Shown: positions 22,430 through 31,316 of the stretch, in pieces | How positions within the stretch are numbered: position 1 is the stretch's first letter | Layout of the letters: the number at the start of each line of letters is the position of its first letter | Assembly (NCBI RefSeq): GCF_006345805.1 | Contig: NW_021832314.1 | Coordinates: 1-31,316, forward strand | DNA length: 31,316 nucleotides | Source: Octopus sinensis | Lineage: Eukaryota | Reading direction: 5' to 3' | The notes under the pieces: model-generated | Database searches by the model: none | What the model saw: the letters and a program-made list of their open reading frames with translations, nothing else | What the model was told of the DNA's origin: nothing | Position numbers and translations under genes: made by a program

Positions 22430-23030
22430 AAACAACTTCCTATGAACGAATATGAAAAAAAAAATTCGCGCACGCGAAAGGGGGGTGGGGGAGAGGCCTC
22501 GGAAAATTCACATCGGGAAGTTCCGAAAGCGTCTGAGGGGCTGACCCGGGCACCAAAACAAAAAAAAATAGTGTAATATGTGTAAAAACAACTTGCTCTA
22601 AACGAATATGACAAAAAAAATGCGCTCTCGCGAAAGAGGGGTGGGGGGAGAGGCCTCGGAAAATTTATATCGGGAATTTCCGAAAGCGTCTGAACTGGGC
22701 ACAAAAACAAAAACAGCGTAATAGGTGTAAAACAACTTGCTCTAAACGACTATCATGAAAAAAATGCGCGCTCGCGAAAGGGGGGTGGGGGAGAGGCCTC
22801 GGAAAATTTATATCGGGAATTTCCGAAAGCGTCTGAACCGGGCACAAAAACAAAAACAGCGGTAATAGGTGTAAACACTTGCTCTAAACGACTATCATGA
22901 AAAAATGCGCGCTCGCGAAAGGGGGGTGGGGAAGAGCTTCGGAAATTTCCCATCTTCAGTCCATGGCCTTTAAACTAAGAAAAAATAGTGTAATTGGTGT
23001 AAAACTACTTGTTCTAAACGAGTATCAAGA
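22430..23030. repeat. CpG/G-rich tandem repeat, ~4 units of 140-157 bp
   Basis: The gagaggcctc anchor (variant gaagagcttc in the last copy) ends at 22500, 22657, 22800 and 22940. Confidence 0.9.
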
Positions 23031-23104
23031 ACACACACTCACACATGAATCATAAACTCCGTATTTTTGTACATATTTCGCAAAAAAAAAAAATAATAAA
23101 GAGA

Positions 23105-23757
23105 AGAAATTCTGGTATGGTCATGTGGCGAGAATGGATGAAGATAGGTGTGTGAGAAAGTGCCAATCCCTAGCAGTTGATGGAACCCGTGGAAGAGGTA
23201 GACCCAGGAAAACCGAGACCTTTGGAAATATGCTGTACGTGAGAAGACCAGGCAGGACAAGTGAGCCCAGCCCACTTATGCATGCCTTTCCTCCCTTGGA
23301 CACACAAAGACCTGTTGAGGCAAGTGAAGTCGATATAGAACCTCATCCGACGACAGGCACCCATGCCAACCCACATTGCTTGCGAAGACATGTTAGGGCA
23401 AGCGAAATCGAAATCGAATTGAACCAGCCAGGATCCCTGGTCTGGTGGTACGTAAAAAGCACTATCCGACTCGTGGCCGATGCCAGCACCGCCACGCCTG
23501 GCTTCCGTGCCGGTGGCACGTAAAATACCCCAATCCGACCGTGGCCGTTGCCAACCTTGCCTGGCACGTAAAAAGCACCCACTACACTCACGGAGTGGTT
23601 GGCGTTAGGAAGGGCATCCAGCTGTAGAAACATTGCCAGATAAGACTGGAGCCTGGTGGCAGCCTTCTGGCTTCCCAGATCCCCGGTCGAACCGTCCACC
23701 CATGCTAGCATGGAGAACGGACGTTAACGATGATGATGATGATGATGATGATGATGA
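23105..23757 (+). mobile_element. 5'-truncated RTE-clade LINE: ORF C-terminus + 3'UTR + (GAT)n tail
   Basis: WYGHVARMDEDRCVRKCQSLAVDGTRGRGRPRKT is a typical RTE C-terminal motif; it identifies the other 'tail' repeats in the window as RTE-derived. Confidence 0.88.
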
Positions 23758-23764
23758 TATATAT

Positions 23765-23806
<42 letters not shown>

Positions 23807-23809
23807 ATA

Positions 23810-23868
<59 letters not shown>

Positions 23869-24100
23869 CATGTATATATATCTATAAAATGATACGTTAC
23901 ATTACTCAATAGTCAAGATGAAACTCTGAGTTTTCAGATGCCGAAGTGGAAATCCACAACACCATCTCTTCGGTTATCTGGCTATCTAAAAAAACTATGA
24001 AAAAATACCGTTATATAAAGGGAAATTACTGTATTATAATTCTGCACGCACGCGAACCCACGTGCGTAATTATACGTCACTATGAAAACACACACATCTC

Positions 24101-24420
24101 ATCATCATCATCATCATCATTTAGCGTCCGCTTTCCATGCTAGCATGGGTTGGACGGGTCAACTGGGGTCTGTGAAGCTGGAAGGCTTCGTCAGGCCCAG
24201 TCAGATCTGGCAGTGTTTCTACGGCTGGATGCCCTTCCTAACGCCAACCACTCCGCGAGTGTAGTGGGTGTTTTTTACGTGCCACCTGCACAGGTGCCAG
24301 ACAGAGCTGGCGAACGGCCACGACGGATGGTGCTTTTACGTGTCACCGGCACGGGGCCAGGCAATGCTGGCAACGGACTCGAACGGATGGTGCTTTTAGT
24401 GCCACCGACACGGGGCCAGA
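24101..24420 (-). mobile_element. RTE 3'UTR/tail
   Basis: (CAT)n + ttagcgtccgctttccatgctagcatggg. Confidence 0.85.
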
Positions 24421-24440
24421 CAGATGTATATTTATATATA

Positions 24441-24487
<47 letters not shown>

Positions 24488-24514
24488 ATATAATATATAT
24501 ATATATATATAATA

Positions 24515-24863
24515 GTAGGGATATAATTCCAAACTTACAGGGAAAAATTCAATTTAGCAATTCTAAATCAAATTTCACATATACAATATATGTATAAAAT
24601 TTAGAGAAAAACCTCTATTGAACAATTCAATAGTGAAAGATGTTATTCACATCATATAGAAAAAGTTAAATATACTATAGAAAACCTATTCTAAAAGTCA
24701 ATAAAGTACATAAATAATAAATAGTAACTAGACTACATGTGTTTCGTGGCTATATTTTCAAATAGATAATAATAATAATAAGATCAATTCGATTAAAACT
24801 AAATCGATCTAAAATTAATTCTATTTAAAAATATAGTCACTCATCAGGTCTAAAATAATAATG

Positions 24864-24909
<46 letters not shown>

Positions 24910-25147
24910 CAATATAAATAATATAATAAATGTACTTATCTTAACTTATAAATTAACTAATAAATATAGAAAAATATGTGTTTTAACAATAAATAAATTA
25001 ACAGTATTACTTTAAAATAAAAACATAACTTACATTATCGAAGAACAGTGTTTTCTATAGTATTTTAAACTTTCTCTATATGGTGTGAATAACGTCTTTC
25101 GCTATTGAATTGTTTAATAGAGGTTTTTCTCTAAATTTCATACATAT
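24515..25147 (-). mobile_element. Solo PLE pLTR-like element with hammerhead and ~105-bp inverted duplication
   Basis: Arms 24588-24692 / 25042-25147 (~88-90% by eye) flank a hammerhead motif; no ORF seen. PLE origin is inferred from the ribozyme type. Confidence 0.6.
24729..24852 (-). ncRNA. Type I hammerhead ribozyme with canonical core and extended stem II
   Basis: Minus strand: TAGAC-CTGATGA-GTGACTATATTTTTAAATAG-(55 nt)-CTATTTGAAAATATAGCCAC-GAAA-CACATG-TA-GTCTA. All core nucleotides canonical, G10.1-C11.1, GUA triplet, predicted cut between 24734 and 24733. Confidence 0.85.
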
Positions 25148-25162
25148 GTATATATATACAGA

Positions 25163-25199
<37 letters not shown>

Positions 25200-25201
<2 letters not shown>

Positions 25202-25405
25202 TCTTTACTCTTTTACTTGTTTCAGTCATTTGACTGCGGCCATGCTGGAGCACCACCTTTAGTTGAGCAAGTCAACCCCAGGACTTATTCTTTGTAAGCC
25301 TAGTGCTTATTCTATCAGTTTCTTTTGCCGAACTGCTATGTTTCGGGGACGTAAATACACCAGCATTGGTTGTCAAGTGATGTTGGGGGAACAAACACAG
25401 ACACA

Positions 25406-25449
<44 letters not shown>

Positions 25450-25643
25450 CATACATATATATACGACGGGCTTCTTTCAGTTTCCATCTACCAAATCCAC
25501 TCACAAAGCTTTGGTTGGCTTGAGACACTTTGGTTGGCTTGAGACACTTTGGTTGGCTTGAGACACTTGCTCAAGATGCCACGCAGTGGGACTGAACCCG
25601 AACCATGTGGTTGGTAAGCAAGCTACTTACCACACAGCCACTC
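25200..25643 (-). mobile_element. Family 'C' SINE with an internal 19-bp triplication (ctttggttggcttgagaca x3)
   Basis: Homology to 13356-13743; triplication at ~25508-25565. Confidence 0.85.
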
Positions 25644-25669
25644 ATATATATATATATATATATATATTT

Positions 25670-26073
25670 TTTTACTTGTTTCAGTCATTTGACTGCAGCC
25701 ATGCTGGAGCACCGCCTTTAGTCGAGCAACTCGACCCTGGGACTTATTCTTTGTAAGCCCAGTACTTATTCTATCGATCTCTTTTGCCACTAAGTGACGG
25801 GGACATAAACACACCAGCATCGGTTGTCAAGCAATGCTAGGGGGACAAACACAGACACACAAACACACACTCACACACATATATATACACACATATATAT
25901 ACACACATATATATACGACAGGCTTCTTTCAGTTTCCGTCTACCAAATTTACTCACAAGGCATTGGTCGGCCCGGGGCTATAGCAGAAGACACTTGCCCA
26001 AGATGCCACGCAGTGAGACTGAACCCGGAACCATGTGGTTGGTTAGCAAGCTACTTACCACACAGCCACTCCT
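25670..26073 (-). mobile_element. Family 'C' SINE, tandem to the previous copy
   Basis: Homology to 13356-13743. Confidence 0.88.
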
Positions 26074-26569
26074 GTACCTATATGTATATATTATATATAT
26101 ATTTATGTATGAATATGTATATGTGTGTCTATGTGTGTGAGTTCTTGTGTGTGTATGTTTGTACATGTATAAAAGCTTAATCTAACTAACAGGCATTATA
26201 CATAGCAGCACGCTTCAGCAAGCGAAATCTTTTTTTTTGTACATTGTAAGTGCTAATTAAGAAAGGTTAAATCAGTGCGCACCTTGCACTGGATGCACAA
26301 GGCTTATGTAAATAGCCTTGTAGCCAGGTAGTCTTGTAGTAAACTATGTAATTAGTATTGACAGTGTGTATATAACTAGCAAATGCATGTTGCCTAGGAT
26401 CTGTCTGGCAGTTTTGAAAGGTATCTAACAATTAACGATAGAATCCCAATTTTCTGCAGAGAAATTGAGTAACGCCAGTTTCTGTTTTCTATTCAAATGA
26501 ATGAAATAATGTAGTATGGTTCCATGGTGGAATCATTAAAGTGTGGTATAGAATAATTGTGTATTATGA

Positions 26570-26800
26570 TCATTTGGGTTCAAATCTCACTGGGGTCGAC
26601 TTTGTCTTTCATCCTTTCAGGATCGATAAAATAAGTATCATTTAAATACTGAGTGTTGATGTAATTGACTTACCTCCTCCTCCAAAATTCAGGCTTTGTG
26701 CCTATAGCAGGAAGGATTATGATCTGGCCTGCTATACTCTGAGTCCAAATCCTGCCAAGGTCAACACTGCCCTTCATCCTTTCGAGGTGGAGAATTAATA
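26570..26800 (+). mobile_element. Two diverged family 'A' SINE fragments
   Basis: gggttcaaatc..gtcgactttgtctttcatcc and gagtccaaatcc..gcccttcatcc. Confidence 0.6.
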
Positions 26801-26829
26801 TATCAAGAAGTAAAGGTTGTGAATTAACT

Positions 26830-27140
26830 AGTTCGTTAGTTAGTTCTCTCTGTGCCATGAGGCACATCAGATCACAACATGATTGTTCCAACCAGCTCTG
26901 ATTTCTGCCAGTGCTCTGGTCTCATTCCAGCTTCTTCCTGCTTCTCATCTCTTTTCCTTGACAATGGTCCTTTGCCATGTGGTTTTACGGAACACTTACT
27001 CTTTTTCCCTTTGGGTGGTCACTTTAGAATGCCACCGTACAATCACTTTCTCAATCTTGTCTGAAGTCTTGTCTGATCCAGTTCCAACATCTATATCTTG
27101 TTTTGTCACTGATTCTGTTTGTTCTGACTCTGTAAACTGA
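26830..27140 (-). mobile_element. Decayed 3' end of a second RTE-type LINE
   Basis: Minus-strand translation KIEKVIVRWH..KTTWQRTIVKEK..SWNETRALAEIRAGWNNHV..CASWHRE resembles RTE C-termini; (TAAC)n-like tail. Confidence 0.55.
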
Positions 27141-27711
27141 ATACAAATATTGCAGAGGGGAAATCAACTTTGCCTTTGATCTTTTTGTGGTAGTGCCATT
27201 TTTTAAGGCATGAAGATACTAGGCAGTTGCTCCAGGGGCTTCATGAGTCTAAGAGGCCCAGTTCTGATCTGTGTATCTGTGGCTGGTTTTACAATAAATA
27301 AATACAATACTAATACGCTGATTTGCCCAGGCCGATAATTATAGAGAACCAATCCCAAGCAGTAGATTCATGAAGTTGTTTAGAAATACCATGTGGTATC
27401 TGTTCCCATCCTTTGTGTTTTTACAACATTGTCTATAATGAAACTGGTGCTAAAACAGTGACTTTCCCTTTTGACAATATTGGCGGTGTGAAGAGCAGAG
27501 ACTTGCAAATACTAGCAACTACCAGATTTCTCTCGAAAAACCTTGTCCAGGCCAGTAGATAGTTGTGGCCAATAGAAGTTCTGTACTCAGATATTGCGGT
27601 TGATGTTAAGTCCTGTACTCAGATATTGGGGTTGATGTTCCTTCTTTCTTTCTGTTTCCTCCCCGCTGTCTCCTCTCCTCCTTGCAATAAAATGGGGCTG
27701 TGGTAGATTAC

Positions 27712-27732
27712 TGGTGGTGGTGGTGGTGGTGG

Positions 27733-27794
<62 letters not shown>

Positions 27795-27819
27795 ATTATT
27801 ATTATTATTATTATTATTA

Positions 27820-27852
<33 letters not shown>
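27712..27852. repeat. Compound trinucleotide microsatellite (GGT)n-(GAT)n-(TAT)n
   Basis: Directly visible. Confidence 0.97.
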
Positions 27853-27853
<1 letters not shown>

Positions 27854-28095
27854 TAATCTCAATCTCACAGGTTCAGAAGAGCTGTCTCCACTCCAAGAGT
27901 TGTTGGTTGCAAATGATGAGGAGTATATTTCTATCTTGGGGGATGTTTTTTTTTGCTATGATCCTAAGAGAAATCTATTTGATTCTTATCTGTTTTAATT
28001 AAGTTTAAGAGAAAATAATTTGTAGTGTGTAACTTCAGTATGATTTTTTGCTAGGAATACTATTCTCATAACTGACTAAAATGGAAGCTGGATAA

Positions 28096-29088
28096 TTAAC
28101 CCTATAGCATTTTAACTGGCCATATTATCTGGTTCAAATATTGTGAGTTCAAACTGGACAAATCTGGCCTGTCACATTTAAAATGCTAAAAGGTTAAGTC
28201 AGCCACAACCACCCCAAATATTCTTTCAGGATCTAGCCTCTCACACCTATCCTATCTTGAAGCTATGAGATAAGCCATGATTAATTCAAAACAATGTGAA
28301 TAAATGAGCATTATATTTGACAGATGTGAAGGTGCGTGGTTTAGTGGTTAGGGCATTGGGCTCACGATTGTAAGGTCGTGAATTCAATTCCTGGTGACGC
28401 GTTGTGTCCTTGAGCAAGACACTTTATTTCATGTTGCTCCAGTCCACTCAGCTGGCAAAAATGAGTTGTACTTGTATTTCAAAGGGCCAGCTTGTCAAAC
28501 ACTGTGTCATGCTGAATCTCCCTGAGAACTACGTTAGGGGTACACGTGTCTGTGGATTGCTCAGCGACTTGCATGTTAATTTCATGAGCAGGCTGTTCCG
28601 TTGATTGTATCAGTTGGGACCCTTATCATCGTAACCGACTGCGTGCTCCTTTTTTTTATATATTTGACAGAATAATCTAAATGCTAAAGGGTTAAATCAG
28701 CCATATTCCAGCCCAGATATTTTACCTGATCAGATTCGACCTCTCACACCTACCCTACAATGCCATCCTAAATCTAAACAATCACATCATCAAAAATCTT
28801 GAAGTTATGAAATAATGCATGATTGATTCAAATCAATGTGGATAAATAAACATTGCATTTGATAGAGTGATCTGAATACTAGAGGGTTAAACCAGCCATA
28901 TCCAACCCAAATATTCTGCCCGTTTTATGTTTCAAATGACAAGATCAGGCCTCTCACACCTACCCTAAAAATGAACAATCACATCATTGAAATCTCAAAG
29001 CTATGAGATAATACATGATTGATTCAAAACAATGTGAATAAATAAGCATTACATTTGACAGAGAAATCTGAATGCTATAAAGTTGAAG
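28096..29088. mobile_element. Tandem array of four piggyBac-like MITE units
   Basis: TTAA ccctatagcatt start; right ends ...(g/a)ggTTAA ending at 28197, 28695 and 28890; same family as 9709 and 10642. Confidence 0.75.
28325..28658 (+). mobile_element. Family 'F' SINE inserted in a MITE, 13-bp TSD
   Basis: TSD tatatttgacaga at 28312-28324 and 28659-28671. Confidence 0.88.
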
Positions 29089-29619
29089 ACGGTCTCAAAT
29101 GATATACTAAGACTTTGTAAGTTAATACCATTACCGTGTGCAATTAGTAGCATGTAATCAATTGAAAAAAAATAAATAAATAAAAAAACAATTGCTATTA
29201 TTATGGTTGTGTCTGTGTGTAAGTACTGATATTTAGAAACAGCTACATTTACCAGCAGCAAGTTGAGCTTGGAAAGTACAAACTGGCATGGCTAGTGACC
29301 AGATGTACTTTATGAAATGAGTGTCACTTGACCAACATAACGCTTGTGTTTCGTGTGTGTGTGTGTGTGTGTTGCATGTGTATGTGTATGTGTGTGTGTG
29401 TATATATGTGTGTGCACGTGTAATAAACACCAAAATACAAATTCTGTTTGTACGAGTGTTTGTTAATTATAGACGAAGGAACACATAATAAATATAAAAT
29501 ATTTCAATCTGTTTTTTTCATGGACATGAGTTTTTTTTCTTTTTTATCTGAAAAATAATCCAAGCAAACCTGATCCTCAGAAAGGATAAAAAGGGTAAAG
29601 ATCCTTTCTGAGAGTTATA

Positions 29620-29845
29620 GGTTCATAGGGCTAGTCTCCTGGTTTCCATGGCGAATAAATCCCCCACCTGGATGGGATGCTAGTCCACCACAGGATTACT
29701 CACTTTGGCCAGCTGAGTGGACTGAAGCAATGTGAGATGAAGTGTTTTGCTCAAGAATGCAACACATCACCCAATCCAGGAATTGAAACCACAATCTAAT
29801 GATCATGTGTCCAACACCCCTAACAACTAAGCCATGTGCCTCCAA
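29620..29845 (-). mobile_element. tRNA-type SINE
   Basis: Minus-strand head tggaggcacatggcttagttgttagg..ggtttcaattcc; tail related to 10885-10960 and to the host SINE at 9670-10030. Confidence 0.7.
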
Positions 29846-29959
29846 GACACCTAGAAAGATCAACACTGAAGAATTTTATTTGCTTTTATACCAATACTTT
29901 TCAAAAAAAAAGTTTGTATTGTTAATAACAAAGAAAACAAAAAGAATGTACAAAGCTAC

Positions 29960-30495
29960 ACATATACATATATAAAACACCTACACAAACATATGCATGC
30001 ATACATACACACATACATACATACACACACATACATACACACATACACATACAAACATACATACATACATACACACATACATACATGCATACGTACATGC
30101 ATGCATACATACATACATACATACATACATACATACATACATAAAACATACAAACATACATACATACATACACACATACATCCATATATACATGCATACA
30201 TACATACATCCATGCATACATCCATACATACATACATACATACATACATACATACATACACACATACGTACATACAAATACATACACACATACACACACA
30301 CACATACATACATACATACATACATATATGCATACATACATTCATTCATTCATTCATTCATTCATACATACACACATACATACATACACACACACATACA
30401 TACATACATACATACATACATACAATGCATGCATACATACATACATACATACATACACACACATACACACATACATACATACATACATACATACA
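29960..30495. repeat. Long imperfect (TACA)n/(CA)n microsatellite with a (TTCA)n block
   Basis: Directly visible; source of the HTYI/MYVC pseudo-ORFs. Confidence 0.97.
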
Positions 30496-30496
30496 T

Positions 30497-31316
30497 CGAT
30501 GTGTATCCCTTGACCAAGTTTGCTTACATGTGGCTGATAACATCATAAGACATGGAAGGCAGCTCCTTGAACAATATCCCTTGTTTGATAACCTAGAATA
30601 CATGCCCAAAGAAGTCACACAACTTTACCACAACATATCAGATGAAAGGATGAGCCTATATGAGCAGAAGATTTATGCATGGATATGTTAGTAGAAAGCT
30701 CTGTGATGAAAGTTACATTGACCATTAAACCAGTTTATCACAGACCAATAACCAGATCACTACCTCCCACTTTGAAGGGTATGCATTTGCAACGCAGGAA
30801 GAGGAAATATTAACCAAGTACCTGATGCTCAAAAGTATTAGAGATGCAGGAAAAGCAATAAAATGTGACAACTGATGCAGACTTTGTGGAATTAGCACCA
30901 AAGATATCACCCACATCAAAAGCAGTTGTCTGAAAGTGTCATCACAGTATTATCTAACGAGACTTGACCTTGTGGCTAGGACACAATATAATGAAATATG
31001 TCGGAAGGATTACCCCGAGGACAAAGAATAAGAAGCTACAATATGGCAGAAACTGGTGGAAAGTCCCAGTGAAAACCTTTATAAAATGTAAGCACAACAG
31101 ACCTGATATAATGATTTGGGATAGAGAAGAGAGACTGTACAGTTGTGGAAATTAGCTACTCAGTGGATGTTAACATAAAGCTGAAGATCAGTGAGAAAGA
31201 GAATACCTATGCTGATCTATTGAAAATCTGCTGTTACTCTATCCAGATCACAAATTCAGGTTTCTACCTGTAATTATTGGGGCTCTGGGATATGTAACAC
31301 ACTGCCTAAATACCAA
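30497..31316 (+). mobile_element. Decayed R4/Dong-type non-LTR retrotransposon, C-terminal part (CCHC knuckle + restriction-like endonuclease), running off the window
   Basis: SHFEGYAFATQEEEILTKY (30765); CRLCGISTKDITHIKSSC..YYLTRLDLVA (30876); HNRPDIMIWD (31093); EKENTYADL; PVIIGALG. In-frame stops and frameshifts present. Confidence 0.8.

Noticed and set aside
18660-23030. Regularly spaced repeats (60-66 bp and 140-157 bp units) considered as CRISPR-like arrays
   Set aside because: Whole units are repeated with no unique spacers, there are no cas genes, and the context is eukaryotic.
27581-27639. 27-bp direct repeat ctgtactcagatattg(c/g)ggttgatgtt x2
   Set aside because: Simple local duplication with no associated feature.
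27879-27998. Possible orphan exon after tctcacAG (GSEELSPLQELLVANDEEYISILG)
   Set aside because: No strong donor, no recognisable domain and no partner exon; the acceptor context is a microsatellite edge.
2614-29845. tRNA-like A/B boxes at SINE heads considered as tRNA genes
   Set aside because: No complete cloverleaf; each continues into a SINE body, several with TSDs.
29922-30691. Long ORFs (up to 232 aa) of HTYI/MYVC repeats, and similar IY/YI, poly-M/I/L/N/H ORFs elsewhere
   Set aside because: Translations of microsatellites lacking stop codons; no domain, splice or codon evidence.

Overview
AT-rich, repeat-dominated eukaryotic genomic DNA. The SINE, RTE-tail and microsatellite inventory looks octopus/cephalopod-like; this is recognition of repeat types, not a verified assignment. 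One host gene is present and is missing from the ORF track: a single-repeat beta-thymosin on the + strand (CDS 1714-1813 + 12242-12267, 41 aa, [41 protein letters not shown]) split by a 10,428-nt phase-1 intron. That intron holds a decayed Penelope-like retroelement (RT + GIY-YIG) bracketed by ~620-bp inverted repeats. Downstream are many tRNA-type SINEs, RTE 3' ends, a deleted mariner carrying nested SINEs, TTAA-flanked piggyBac-like MITEs, and an R4/Dong-type RLE retrotransposon fragment next to a long (TACA)n tract. The most interesting signals are two near-canonical type I hammerhead ribozymes (24729-24852 on -, 16039-16093 on +), each in a Penelope pLTR-like remnant with a fold-back inverted duplication. 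Also notable are interleaved inverted repeats at 21.6-22.4 kb, repeated antisense SINE-into-SINE insertion at one site, and a candidate intron in the thymosin 3'UTR. Nearly all ORFs in the supplied track are microsatellite or repeat artefacts. Repeat boundaries are approximate unless a TSD or motif is quoted.
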